Positions 27,553-37,565 of a stretch of 64,000 bases of DNA are shown in pieces. Source of the DNA: an uncultured Candidatus Saccharibacteria bacterium (lineage in GTDB: Bacteria; Patescibacteriota; WWE3; UBA101185; UBA10185). Numbering within the stretch: position 1 is the first letter of the stretch; each line of letters starts with the position of its first letter. The stretch covers positions 81,080 through 145,079 of the forward strand of contig CAZEBU010000002.1 of NCBI GenBank assembly GCA_964510435.1, written 5' to 3'. The position numbers were made by a program, and so were the translations under genes. Under the pieces are notes generated by a model. The model searched no databases. It worked only from the letters and a program-made list of their open reading frames with translations, and had not been told where the DNA came from.

Positions 27553-29037
27553 CTACATGACTTCCAACCATTGACCGACCTCAGCTTCTATAAATTGTGG
27601 TTTCAACAGAACTCCAAATTCGGTGCCTTTCCCTGCTACGCTTATTTCATCCTTGCCCGATTTAAGCTTTTTAATAGCACCAATGTAGAGGGGTTCGTCT
27701 TTTTCATCAAGATCCACGGGGTTTTTTTCGAAGATGGCTATTCTGTTCTTGGGTTTAAAACTACCGGCTTCAACTTTACAACCTATAATCTTATCACCGG
27801 ATGGTAACTTAAATATTTTTAAAACTTGTGCTCGACCCTTAATTTTTTCCTCCTCAGATTTAGCAGAACCTTCCAAAAGCTCCGAAACCCCGTCTATTAA
27901 TTCGTAGATGGTCTGATAAGATTTCGCAATCACCCCCAATTCCCTGGATAGTTCTTCAACTCGACTCGGTATTCCCACATTAAAACCCAGGACGATACCA
28001 TCACCACTCTGTGCCAGCATCACATCCGAATCTGTAATCTCTCCTGTAGCTGCGCGCAAGAATTTTATGGAAAAAGTTATACCCACCGTAGAAGTAACCA
28101 AATCAGCCAAACTAGCCTTGACAGCTTCTAGTGTGCCTTGCGTATCAGCTCTCAATACAATAGAAACTACTTTTTTAGTATCCTTTCCGATGATTTCTTC
28201 ACGGCTATCATCAACGGCTAAGGTAGCTAACTCACTCCCTTCCTCCACAACTAAGTCGCCTACATTTAGTACTTCCTTAAACCCGGTGATTTCTACGGGT
28301 GTGCTTGGTCCCGCTTCTTTAAGCATGTTTCCCTTGTCGTCCATCATGGATCTCACTCTCGCCGTATAACCACTGGCCATCACTTTATCTCTAACTCTCA
28401 GCGTACCGCTTCTGACGATACAAGAAACTAGCACGCCTCTCTTTCTATCCTTTTTAGATTCGATGATCATGGCCTCTAGTTCAGAATCGGGATTTGACTT
28501 TAGCTGTTGCAATTCGGCCACTAGTAAAATAGCGTCCAAGAGGTTGTGCAAATTCTTTTTAGTCTTAGCAGAAACCTCAACACAGACAACATCTCCACCC
28601 CAATCTTCTACCATGACGTTTTCTTGAGCCAACTCCTGCTTGGCTTTTTGTACGTCCGCATTAGGTAGATCCACCTTATTTATGGCCACGATAATAGGGG
28701 TGTTAGCAGCTTTCGCATAAGTAATAGCTTCCCTGGTCTGAGGTTGTACCCCGGACTCTGCCGCCACTACCAAAACCACAATATCAGCTGCTTTTCCCCC
28801 ACGCGCCCTCATTTGAGAAAAAGCCTCATGACCTGGAGTATCAATAAAAGTTATTTTTTTGTCATGATGAGAAATTTGATATGCACCTATGTGCTGAGTT
28901 ATACCTCCGTGCTCACCCTCTTGTACATTGGTATTCCTAACAGCATCCAAAATACTAGTCTTACCATGGTCAACATGACCCATGATTGTAACAATAGGGG
29001 GTCTGTATTCATTTTTACTGGTATTTTGTTTTGGCAT
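27553..29037 (-). CDS. infB: translation initiation factor IF-2 (short form)
   Basis: 494 aa; G-domain (GHVDHGKTS, DTPGH, NKVD) plus the C-terminal beta-barrels. The long N-terminal region of E. coli IF-2 is absent. Confidence 0.95.
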   Translation of the reverse strand: MPKQNTSKNEYRPPIVTIMGHVDHGKTSILDAVRNTNVQEGEHGGITQHIGAYQISHHDKKITFIDTPGHEAFSQMRARGGKAADIVVLVVAAESGVQPQTREAITYAKAANTPIIVAINKVDLPNADVQKAKQELAQENVMVEDWGGDVVCVEVSAKTKKNLHNLLDAILLVAELQQLKSNPDSELEAMIIESKKDRKRGVLVSCIVRSGTLRVRDKVMASGYTARVRSMMDDKGNMLKEAGPSTPVEITGFKEVLNVGDLVVEEGSELATLAVDDSREEIIGKDTKKVVSIVLRADTQGTLEAVKASLADLVTSTVGITFSIKFLRAATGEITDSDVMLAQSGDGIVLGFNVGIPSRVEELSRELGVIAKSYQTIYELIDGVSELLEGSAKSEEEKIKGRAQVLKIFKLPSGDKIIGCKVEAGSFKPKNRIAIFEKNPVDLDEKDEPLYIGAIKKLKSGKDEISVAGKGTEFGVLLKPQFIEAEVGQWLEVM

Positions 29038-29068
29038 ATCCTTCTATTAACTTTCTGAGACATGTTAT

Positions 29069-30208
29069 TTAAACATCAGTTTTAGATTCTGCTTTGTCCA
29101 TATCTTGCTTTTCCTCTTCTTCCTCATCGGGATCAGGTTTCTTCTCAGGTTCTTCCTTCTTCTTTTTTTCTTTTATAGCTTCGTCCCAAACACCCCTCAC
29201 CAATTTAGTGTCTTTCTCATCGGTTCCAGATTTTTCCTCGGATCCAAAAAGCCCAACAGTACCTTTAATATCAATCTTCCATTTAGTTAATTTATTTGCT
29301 AACCTGGCGTTCTGACCTTCTTTGCCTATAGCCAAACTTTGTTGATCCTCTGGAACTGATACTACAGCACGTTTATCCTCTTCGTCCAGCAAAACTTCGG
29401 TGACCATGGCGGGAGACAAAGACGCCGCGATAAATCTTTCCGTACTTGTCGAATAAGGTATAATATCAATCTTTTCCCCAAATAACTCGGCGATGATCGA
29501 TTGCACTCTTACTCCCTTCTGACCAACACAACTGCCTACCGGATCTATTTTTTCTTCAGAAGATGAAACAGCCATTTTTGTCCTTGAGCCGGGCTCACGC
29601 GCTATTGCCTCGATTTTCACTACACCGGAAGCAATTTCCGGCACTTCTTGTGCGAATAATTGCTCAATAAATCTTGGGTCAGACCTACTGACAATGATCT
29701 CTGGACCTCTGTTGGACTCTCTAATATCCTTGACCAATATTTTTAATCTTTGATTTAACCTATACTGCTCAGTAGGTACCTGTTCTGATTGCAACATGAT
29801 CCCGTAGGCAAAAGGTTTCCCTAAATCCAAAACAACCACATTACTATCTATTTTGAAAACTGTGGCTGTAATAATTGTTCCCAATTTGGCTCTGAATTCC
29901 TGTAAAATAACCTCTTTTTCTGTTTCTCTGATTTTTTGTAAGATAACTTGTTTAGCTGTTTGCGCAGCAATTCTACCAAATCCGGATGGGGTAACATTCT
30001 TACCTTCAACGAATATCTTTGCTTCACCCGTATCAGGATCCAAATCGACAGTCAATTCTTCAGCTTCAACCTGCTCACCGTGTTCCTTTCTGTCTTTTCT
30101 ATACGCAGACACTAGAGCCAGTTTTATAGATTCGACGACTGCCTCCACAGGGATGCCTCTTTCAGTAGCCACTTGATTTAGTGCTGCATTAAATTCTGTT
30201 ACTGCCAT
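29069..30208 (-). CDS. nusA: transcription termination/antitermination factor NusA
   Basis: 379 aa; NTD, S1 and two KH domains, plus an acidic C-terminal tail. Upstream of infB. Confidence 0.9.
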   Translation of the reverse strand: MAVTEFNAALNQVATERGIPVEAVVESIKLALVSAYRKDRKEHGEQVEAEELTVDLDPDTGEAKIFVEGKNVTPSGFGRIAAQTAKQVILQKIRETEKEVILQEFRAKLGTIITATVFKIDSNVVVLDLGKPFAYGIMLQSEQVPTEQYRLNQRLKILVKDIRESNRGPEIIVSRSDPRFIEQLFAQEVPEIASGVVKIEAIAREPGSRTKMAVSSSEEKIDPVGSCVGQKGVRVQSIIAELFGEKIDIIPYSTSTERFIAASLSPAMVTEVLLDEEDKRAVVSVPEDQQSLAIGKEGQNARLANKLTKWKIDIKGTVGLFGSEEKSGTDEKDTKLVRGVWDEAIKEKKKKEEPEKKPDPDEEEEEKQDMDKAESKTDV

Positions 30209-30215
30209 ATTTTAA

Positions 30216-30239
30216 CTAAAAAGGTGGGTACAACCCACC
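30216..30239 (-). terminator. hairpin + T5 between dnaJ-like gene and nusA (terminator or RBS-sequestering attenuator)
   Basis: Minus strand reads ggtggg-ttgta-cccacc followed by ttttt. It ends ~10 nt before the nusA ATG. Confidence 0.4.
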
Positions 30240-30312
30240 AAATTCCTTACATCTAAACACCTTTTTACCCTCGTTAAATTAACATATAACTAGTTTCAGG
30301 TCAACAAAGTAA

Positions 30313-31242
30313 TTACTTAGCTTTCATGTACTCTTCCAATAGTTTTTTCTTTTTTTTCGAAAGCTTACTTGGTATTTTAACCATAACCTGCACTATAACA
30401 TCCCCCCTACCATCTCTGTTTAACCTTGGCAGACCTTTACCCTTGAGTCTGATCTGTGTACCTGCTTGGGTTCCGGCAGGAATTTTCAATTTAGCCTTTC
30501 CCAAACCTGTACTATTCTGCAAATCCACCACAGGAACTTCTATAATATCTCCCAAGGCAGCTTGGGCCATATCAATTTCTGCCACAATACCTAGAGTATC
30601 GCCTATTCTTCTAAACTCCCCGGGTAATTTTAGTCTGAGTGTTAACAATAAATCACCGGGCGGTACATCTTTTGGCCCTGGCATACCTTTTCCGGAAAAT
30701 CTAATTTCCGTGCCATTGCGCACACCGGCAGGGATCTTAATTTTCACCTTCCCACTTTCCACGTTTACTATCTTTTCCACACCAAAAATTGCATCTTTAA
30801 AATCTATGTGCAATTCATAATAGAGATTTTTACCTTGACGACGTTTTCTTCCGGAAAACCCCCGAAAGCCAAAAAAATCTTCAAAAATATCAAAAGGATC
30901 AAAATCATTAATACCCTCACCGGAAGTTGTATAACTATAAGTAAATGGTCCCCAACCTGCCTTTCCTGAAAAACCTCCTCTGAACGGACCTTCACTAGCT
31001 CCCGAAAAACCTGGACCGGTATGTCCAAACTGATCATACATCTTTTTCTTTTGAGGATCCCTTAGTACTTGATACGCTTCATTAATTTCTTTAAATCTTT
31101 TTTCGGCAGCCGTTTTATCAGACTCATTTACCATATCGGGATGGTGCTCTCTAGCTAATTTACGATAAGCTTTTTTGATATCTCCATCGCTGGCTTTTTT
31201 ATTAATACCTAGTATTTCATAGTAATCTCTGTTTGTTGGCAT
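30313..31242 (-). CDS. DnaJ-domain co-chaperone lacking the zinc-finger domain (CbpA/DnaJ class II-like)
   Basis: 309 aa; J-domain with HPD (YRKLAREHHPDM), a G/F-rich linker, and C-terminal substrate-binding beta domains. No CxxCxGxG repeats. Confidence 0.8.
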   Translation of the reverse strand: MPTNRDYYEILGINKKASDGDIKKAYRKLAREHHPDMVNESDKTAAEKRFKEINEAYQVLRDPQKKKMYDQFGHTGPGFSGASEGPFRGGFSGKAGWGPFTYSYTTSGEGINDFDPFDIFEDFFGFRGFSGRKRRQGKNLYYELHIDFKDAIFGVEKIVNVESGKVKIKIPAGVRNGTEIRFSGKGMPGPKDVPPGDLLLTLRLKLPGEFRRIGDTLGIVAEIDMAQAALGDIIEVPVVDLQNSTGLGKAKLKIPAGTQAGTQIRLKGKGLPRLNRDGRGDVIVQVMVKIPSKLSKKKKKLLEEYMKAK

Positions 31243-31275
31243 GAGCGTATTCTAGCACCACAAATTACCTGATGC

Positions 31276-31307
31276 CAGAAAAATTAAGCCCCCACTTTCG
31301 TGGGGGC
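31276..31307 (-). terminator. rho-independent terminator downstream of hup
   Basis: Minus strand reads gcccccacgaaagtgggggc, a 7-bp GC stem with a 6-nt loop, followed by ttaattttt. Confidence 0.55.
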
Positions 31308-31332
31308 CAAATTAACGAATTAGATAATAAAA

Positions 31333-31605
31333 TTATCTAACTGCATCTTTCAAACCTTTTCCGGCTTTGAAAGCAGCTGTTTTACTGGCAGGAATATGTA
31401 GGGGAGCTCCTGTCTGAGGATTTCTTCCCATTCTAGCTGCTCTTGATCTCACTTCAAAAGTACCAACACCCGTCCAAGTAACTTTCTCACCTCTGCCTAG
31501 TGCAGACTTTAGTGTTTCAGCTAGGGCATCCAATCCTTTTGCAGCATCTACTTTTGTCATACCTGCTCTATCCGCAATAGCGGCTATTAAATCTGTTTTA
31601 GTCAC
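31333..31605 (-). CDS. hup: DNA-binding protein HU
   Basis: 90 aa; MTKTDLIAAIA...GFKAGKGLKDAV... is the canonical HU/IHF fold sequence. Confidence 0.9.
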   Translation of the reverse strand: MTKTDLIAAIADRAGMTKVDAAKGLDALAETLKSALGRGEKVTWTGVGTFEVRSRAARMGRNPQTGAPLHIPASKTAAFKAGKGLKDAVR

Positions 31606-31722
31606 TTAAAACACCCCCTCTCGAAACTGCCATACTTAGCAACTGCCTATATACTAAGGCCTGCCCGGCGGCAAACAATTTAATAATCATAGTTTTCAAA
31701 AAATTCCCTAGAATTCTATACC

Positions 31723-32496
31723 CTAAGGTAGGATTTCGTCAATCCTATCAATAGAATTCTTGTCTGTATCTAATAGTACACCTCTAAACGCTTTTCTACC
31801 AGTATTTTCCCATTCAAATCGCTGATTTAATCCCGTTAAATAATATTTAATAATGATATCCTTCTCCACTCCCAGTACCGAATCAATGACACCAGTCATA
31901 CCAATATCGCTAATGTATAAGGTTTTCTGGGGTAGAGCAATATTATCACAAGTTGGTACATGCGTGTGCGTTCCTACAATTGCGTCAACTTTTCCGTCCA
32001 AATAAAATGCCAAGGCATACTTTTCACTAGAAGCCTCCGCGTGAAAATCCACAATAGTTAGGGAGATGTCCTCGTCCTTATATTTCTCTAAAATTTTATC
32101 TGCCGCACGAAAAGGATCATCTACTCTCTCATTTAAAAAAACCCGTCCCAGCAGGTTTATTAATAAAACTTTTCCCTTCTTGCCTGTGTCAATAACCGCA
32201 TGCCCTTCACCTGCAGTACCGGCAGGGAAGTTAGCCGGCCTAATTACCGGTAGAGAGTCAATTTCATCTGCAAAACCTTTTTGCCAAAAAATATGATCCC
32301 CGCTGGTAAAATAGTCGATACCTAGATCCATGAGCTCTCTGATCGTACCCTTGGTTGCTCCACGGCCATGGGCAATATTTTCAGCATTGGCCAAGACCAG
32401 ATCGATCTTTTCTTTCTTGATCATTTTGGGAAGTAATTCTTTTACGACCTGCCTGCCAGGCCGAGCGACTATGTCACCAATAAATAATATCCTCAT
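31723..32496 (-). CDS. ymdB: YmdB-family metallophosphoesterase (2',3'-cyclic-nucleotide phosphodiesterase)
   Basis: 257 aa; MRILFIGDIVARPGR...NAENIAHGRG...DFHAEASSEK...GTHTHVPT aligns along its whole length with B. subtilis YmdB. Lies downstream of rny, as in Firmicutes. Confidence 0.85.
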   Translation of the reverse strand: MRILFIGDIVARPGRQVVKELLPKMIKKEKIDLVLANAENIAHGRGATKGTIRELMDLGIDYFTSGDHIFWQKGFADEIDSLPVIRPANFPAGTAGEGHAVIDTGKKGKVLLINLLGRVFLNERVDDPFRAADKILEKYKDEDISLTIVDFHAEASSEKYALAFYLDGKVDAIVGTHTHVPTCDNIALPQKTLYISDIGMTGVIDSVLGVEKDIIIKYYLTGLNQRFEWENTGRKAFRGVLLDTDKNSIDRIDEILP

Positions 32497-32708
32497 TATT
32501 GCCTTAACCTTTTTATCTCAAAATTGTCAATTCTATACAAATCCAAAATATAGACAGGTTCTTTGGTCGATCTGATAAAAACAAATCCTAGTGACATCAA
32601 GATTAAAACAAGTATGGTCATTAAGCAACCCTTAACGATGGAGCTCAACAATTTCACAAAGATGTAATACAAAATTATAAATAGTAGTACTGCCAAAAGA
32701 TAGAACAT
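32496..32708 (-). CDS. small hydrophobic membrane protein (hypothetical)
   Basis: 70-aa two-TM ORF between rny and ymdB. Its stop overlaps the ymdB start by 1 nt. Confidence 0.3.
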   Translation of the reverse strand: MFYLLAVLLFIILYYIFVKLLSSIVKGCLMTILVLILMSLGFVFIRSTKEPVYILDLYRIDNFEIKRLRQ

Positions 32709-32730
32709 ACTTCCTATTTGCTTTATACCA

Positions 32731-34212
32731 CTATTTTGCTGTTTTCGTAACCCTAGTTTCTCTAATAACAGTCACTTTTACCACTCCGGGATAATTTTGT
32801 TCTAATTCAATTTTTTTGGCAATTTCCCTAGCTAAAAACTCGGTTGAGGTATCATCTACCTTTTCCGGCTTCACAAAGACTCTTACCTCTCTACCGGCTG
32901 ATATTGCATAGACTCTATCGACACCATCAAAATTTGAGGCTGCCTCCTCTAAATCCTTCATCCTCTTCACATAAGACTCGTAATCCTCACCTCTGGCTCC
33001 GGGTCTAGCCCCACTGACATGGTCTACTAAATTTACAATAGCTGACTCAATGGAACTAAAAGGCTTATCTTCATGATGCTCAGCTACACAATTGACCACT
33101 GCTTCCGAAATGTTGTATTTGTTTAGCAGGTCTACACCCAACTCAATGTGAGAACCTTCGTCTTCGGTAACTATTTTTCCAATATCGTGAAATAGACATC
33201 CCAACCTAACGGTGTCCACATCTGCACCCAATTCATGCGCGATGGCCACACCCATTTTGGTTTCTTCCAGAGTGTGCTCGATCATATTCTGACCATAAGA
33301 AAATCTATACTTAAACTTACCCAGCATTTGTACCAATTCTCTGGGAATATTATAGGCACCCAACCTATGACACAAGTTATCACCGGCTTTAAAAATAATA
33401 TGATCTACCTCATTCCTGGTTTTATTGACAATTTCCTCAATACGAGCTGGTTGAATACGACCATCCTTTATTAATTTCTCCAGAGAAACCTTTGCCACCC
33501 CTCTTCTAATAGGATCGAAGCTGGATAAAAGTATTTCTCCCGGGCTTGAATCCAAATCAAATTCCACGCCGGTCAATTCCTCAAGTGCTCTGATATTTCT
33601 TCCCTCTTTACCAATAATTCTTCCCTTAAGATCTTCATCGGGCAGCTTAACTTTAGAACTGGTATATTCAACAATATAATCGGTAGCGCCAAAACGCATC
33701 GCCTCCACTAACAACTGTCTGGATTCTTCCTCAATGTTTCGCTTGATTTCCTCCTGCATAACTCTTATTCTTTTGGCTTTCTCTTCCGCAAGTTCCTTAT
33801 CCACTTGTTTCAGAACTTCTCTTTCCGCCTGCTGACTAGTCATTGAAGCAACTTTTTCCATCTTTTCTCTTCTTAGCCTTAATAGTTCCGTGGCTTCCTC
33901 CCGCATTTTATCTATAGCACCCTTAGCCTTCTTTAAGGTTCTTGATTTTTCCTCCAATTCTCTTAATTTAGAATTTATCTCTGCTTTTTGTACAGCCGAC
34001 TTTCTCTCTTCTTCCATAACACTTTTCTTGATCCTTCTCGCTTCTTCTTCCGCGTCGGTTTTAACCCTTAACGCCTCATCCTTAGCCTCCAGGATAATCT
34101 CTTTTGCTCTTGCTTTTATTCCTGCTAGTTTGGAACCGGCAACAGCCGTTTCAGTAACCTGAGCAGTCTCTTTTTCTTTTTGCACAAATTTATTCAATAA
34201 GTTTTTCAACAT
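32731..34212 (-). CDS. rny: ribonuclease Y
   Basis: 493 aa; an N-terminal coiled-coil, a KH domain (GKEGRNIRALE) and an HD domain (CLFHDIGK). Confidence 0.9.
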   Translation of the reverse strand: MLKNLLNKFVQKEKETAQVTETAVAGSKLAGIKARAKEIILEAKDEALRVKTDAEEEARRIKKSVMEEERKSAVQKAEINSKLRELEEKSRTLKKAKGAIDKMREEATELLRLRREKMEKVASMTSQQAEREVLKQVDKELAEEKAKRIRVMQEEIKRNIEEESRQLLVEAMRFGATDYIVEYTSSKVKLPDEDLKGRIIGKEGRNIRALEELTGVEFDLDSSPGEILLSSFDPIRRGVAKVSLEKLIKDGRIQPARIEEIVNKTRNEVDHIIFKAGDNLCHRLGAYNIPRELVQMLGKFKYRFSYGQNMIEHTLEETKMGVAIAHELGADVDTVRLGCLFHDIGKIVTEDEGSHIELGVDLLNKYNISEAVVNCVAEHHEDKPFSSIESAIVNLVDHVSGARPGARGEDYESYVKRMKDLEEAASNFDGVDRVYAISAGREVRVFVKPEKVDDTSTEFLAREIAKKIELEQNYPGVVKVTVIRETRVTKTAK

Positions 34213-34390
34213 ATTCCTAAACCTCCATAATCAAACTATTACTACAATGGGAAATGTATAAAAATATTTAAGAGAATTAACCTAACACTCTAAATTTAAT
34301 CAGGTTTATCTAGATGTGTGTTTTCTTGTAAATTCCGACTCATAATTAATAAAAAGTAAAGATAATTTTCTTCCATTTCCCAAGCAGATT

Positions 34391-34945
34391 CTATTTTACA
34401 CCGGTAATATTGTCAACTACCGAATAAACAACCTCCCAGGGATATCCTTTACGTGAGAGGTATACCCTCAATTTATTTCTCATAGTTCTTTTGTCCATTT
34501 TTTTGTATCTCGCTAATTTTCTTGTTGCATCTTTTTTGGCCTTCGCATACTCGATCTCCTTTTTCATTAACTTTAGATTATTATCAATAATTTTATAAGG
34601 AACACCTTTACTAAGAAGGAATTTTCTAATTTGCAGTTTACTAACAGGTTTTGTGGATTTTATTTTCTCGTTGACATAGCTCTTAGCGTAGTCATCATCA
34701 TCCAGAAGGTTTAGATTTACAAGCTTTTCCAAGGATCTTTCTTTAATTTTCTCAATCTCAGAGAATTTTAAATTTTTTTTTCTTTTAAGGTAGTGGTCCA
34801 GCTTTTTCTTAACCTCAGCCGTACTGCGAGCTTTATAGCTTATAAAATTGAGGATCTTTAAGTCGATTTTTTCCTGAGTTTCCTTTATTTTTTCCTTATT
34901 CACTATGCTCCCCGCCGATTTCCATGGGCACATCGGATTCCTCAC
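34391..34945 (-). CDS. recX: RecX-like regulatory protein
   Basis: 184-aa helical, basic protein immediately downstream of recA. GTG start in the track; it overlaps the recA 3' end by 50 nt, so the true start may lie further in. Confidence 0.6.
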   Translation of the reverse strand: MRNPMCPWKSAGSIVNKEKIKETQEKIDLKILNFISYKARSTAEVKKKLDHYLKRKKNLKFSEIEKIKERSLEKLVNLNLLDDDDYAKSYVNEKIKSTKPVSKLQIRKFLLSKGVPYKIIDNNLKLMKKEIEYAKAKKDATRKLARYKKMDKRTMRNKLRVYLSRKGYPWEVVYSVVDNITGVK

Positions 34946-35990
34946 TTACTTTCTTCCTAATGTTCTTCTCAATTTCCAAGGCTATCTTAGGGTTCTCCCT
35001 TAAATAAGCTTTAGAGGCTTCTCGACCTTGACCCAGCTTCACACCATCGTATTCGTACCAGGATCCACTCTTATTAACTATTTCAAAATCAACACCCACA
35101 TCCAAGATATTTCCCTCACGACTAATACCTTCGTTAAACATAATATCAAACTCGGCAATTCTAAAAGGCGGGGCTGCTTTGTTTTTTACCACCTTGACCC
35201 TTACCTTGATCCCGGAAAACTCATCACCATCTTTTAACGATTGTATCCTTCTAATTTCCATCCTCACCGTAGAATAGTATTTAAGAGCCTTTCCACCCGG
35301 TGTTATTTCAGGGTTGCCAAACATGACACCAACTTTCATTCTCAGCTGGTTGGTAAAAACCACCGTACACCTAGATTTACTAATGGCCCCGGCTAATCTT
35401 CTCAGTGACTGGCTCATCAGTCTTGCTTGTAAGGCAATGTGACTATCTCCAATCTCACCTTCTATCTCCGCTCTTGGTACCAAGGCAGCTACAGAATCTA
35501 TAGCTATAATATCTACAGCATTTGACCTAATGAGAGTTTCCGCGATCTCTAATGCCTGTTCACCGGTATCAGGTTGGGAAACCAACAGTTCATTAATATC
35601 AACACCTGTTTTTACTGCGTAAATGGGGTCAAAGGCGTGTTCAGCGTCTATTAAAGCAGCCGTACCTCCTGCTTTTTGAGCTTCGGCGATTATGTGCTGC
35701 ACTAAGGTTGTTTTTCCGGATGCCTCAGGTCCGTATATTTCCACTATTCTACCCCTAGGAACTCCCCCAATGCCTAAGGCAATGTCCAAAGCAATTGAGC
35801 CTGTGGAAATAGCAGCCACACCTTTTGATCTAGGGTTATCTCCCAACTTCATAATAGCGCCCTTCCCAAAACTTTTCTCTATTTGCTCCAAGGCAGCATT
35901 CAAAGCCATATCCTTATTTTTTTTGGTGGTACCACTACTATCTTTATTTCCCTTATCTTTATTATCCTTGACGGCTTTTTTCGGTGGCAT
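34896..35990 (-). CDS. recA: recombinase RecA (with Lys-rich N-terminal extension in the longest ORF)
   Basis: 364 aa; Walker [11 protein letters not shown]1/L2 loops, and [14 protein letters not shown]. The canonical N-terminus [17 protein letters not shown] begins at residue 28 (about 35909). The preceding 27 aa are K/D-rich. Confidence 0.95.
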   Translation of the reverse strand: MPPKKAVKDNKDKGNKDSSGTTKKNKDMALNAALEQIEKSFGKGAIMKLGDNPRSKGVAAISTGSIALDIALGIGGVPRGRIVEIYGPEASGKTTLVQHIIAEAQKAGGTAALIDAEHAFDPIYAVKTGVDINELLVSQPDTGEQALEIAETLIRSNAVDIIAIDSVAALVPRAEIEGEIGDSHIALQARLMSQSLRRLAGAISKSRCTVVFTNQLRMKVGVMFGNPEITPGGKALKYYSTVRMEIRRIQSLKDGDEFSGIKVRVKVVKNKAAPPFRIAEFDIMFNEGISREGNILDVGVDFEIVNKSGSWYEYDGVKLGQGREASKAYLRENPKIALEIEKNIRKKVSEESDVPMEIGGEHSE

Positions 35991-36080
35991 AGATTTCCTT
36001 TCGAAAAATATTTATCCTACTTATTCTAGCAGTTTGGTAAATTTTTTAGCAACAGAGAATATTCTAATTATTGTAGATAC

Positions 36081-37523
36081 TTATACACTAAGGGCCTTCT
36101 CTAACCTTGTCAGGACAACTTCCCGGCCAAGCAACTCCAATATCCTAAAAATCGGTGGTGTGGCCTTTTCTCCCGTTACGGCAACACGCAAAGTCATGAG
36201 GGCTTCTTTAGTTCCAAAATCGTTTTGTTCCATGAACAAGTATGCATTCTTTTCTATTTGAGAAGATTTCCACGCACCTTTACTTACACCCTTAAATAGA
36301 TCTACAAAACCATTTAAGATATATCCGGTTTTCTCCTTACTTTTCGTGTAATGATCTAGTAAAGTTTCATCAATATTAGGTTCTGAGTAAAAATAGTGCG
36401 TTAAGGAGGTAAATTCTGCTAAAGTTTTTATTCTTTCCTTGATCAGAGAGATCACCTCTAGATGATATTCTTCATTATGGTCTCCTGTATGCAGATCAAC
36501 CGAGTAATTTTCACTCCACTGTAGTATCCTCTTTTGGAAAACTTCAGATGACATGCTTCTTAAATAGTATCCGTTTAACCAAAGTAGCTTTTCCCTATCA
36601 AATACCACCAGATCAGTCTTGTGTACCCTCTTTACATCGAATACTTCGACGAATTCATCAAGAGAATATATTTCTTTATCACCGCCGGGATTCCAACCTA
36701 AAAACATCAGGAAGTTAAGAATAGCCTCCACGATATAACCTTCTCTAAGAAAATCCACAGCTAACACAGCTCCATACCTTTTAGACAACTTCTTGCTCTC
36801 GCCCTTCTCCTTTAGGTTTGGCAAATGAATAAACGTCGGCAATTCCCAACCAAATGCCTGATATAAAAGAATGTGTTTTGGGGTAGAGGGCAGCCAGTCA
36901 TTTCCTCTCATCACATGCGTGATCTTCATCAAATGATCGTCTACCACCACAGCTAGGTGGTAAGTGGGATAACCACCCGATTTAAGCAAAACGGTATCAT
37001 CAATTTCCTTGCTCTCAAATTCCAACGCACCATAAACTTCATCAAAAAACTTAACTCTTTCATTTTTAGGTACTTTGAGCCTCACTACATAAGGGACACC
37101 CTCCAACATAAGTTTTTCAGCCCCCTCCCTCTCTAATTCCCGGCAACGACCGTCGTACATAGTCCTGGCATAACCTTTTTCTGTCTGCTCAGCACGCATT
37201 TCCCCCAATCTCTCCTTGGTACAAAAACAGCGGTAAGCTTTACCAAGATTAATCAACTCATCAACGTGTTTATGATAGATATCCAATCTTTCCGATTGGA
37301 TAAAAGGTCCTTCGTCCCAATCCAATCCAAAATCACTTATCACTTTGAGGATCCTCTCTATCGCCCCCTCTACATATCTTCCTCTATCTGTATCTTCAAT
37401 ACGTATGACAAACTTACCGCTATGCTTCTTCGCGAAAACATAATTATAGAGGACTGTTCTAATATGCCCTATGTGATAATCTCCCGTTGGGCTAGGCGCC
37501 ATCCTGGTTCTTATTGTCTTCAT
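36081..37523 (-). CDS. gltX: glutamyl-tRNA synthetase
   Basis: 480 aa; HIGH motif (SPTGDYHIGHIRT) and KMSKS motif (KLSKR). Class I GluRS. Confidence 0.9.
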   Translation of the reverse strand: MKTIRTRMAPSPTGDYHIGHIRTVLYNYVFAKKHSGKFVIRIEDTDRGRYVEGAIERILKVISDFGLDWDEGPFIQSERLDIYHKHVDELINLGKAYRCFCTKERLGEMRAEQTEKGYARTMYDGRCRELEREGAEKLMLEGVPYVVRLKVPKNERVKFFDEVYGALEFESKEIDDTVLLKSGGYPTYHLAVVVDDHLMKITHVMRGNDWLPSTPKHILLYQAFGWELPTFIHLPNLKEKGESKKLSKRYGAVLAVDFLREGYIVEAILNFLMFLGWNPGGDKEIYSLDEFVEVFDVKRVHKTDLVVFDREKLLWLNGYYLRSMSSEVFQKRILQWSENYSVDLHTGDHNEEYHLEVISLIKERIKTLAEFTSLTHYFYSEPNIDETLLDHYTKSKEKTGYILNGFVDLFKGVSKGAWKSSQIEKNAYLFMEQNDFGTKEALMTLRVAVTGEKATPPIFRILELLGREVVLTRLEKALSV

Positions 37524-37565
37524 AAGTTTATTCTACCAGATAGAAATACATGATAATATATAATT

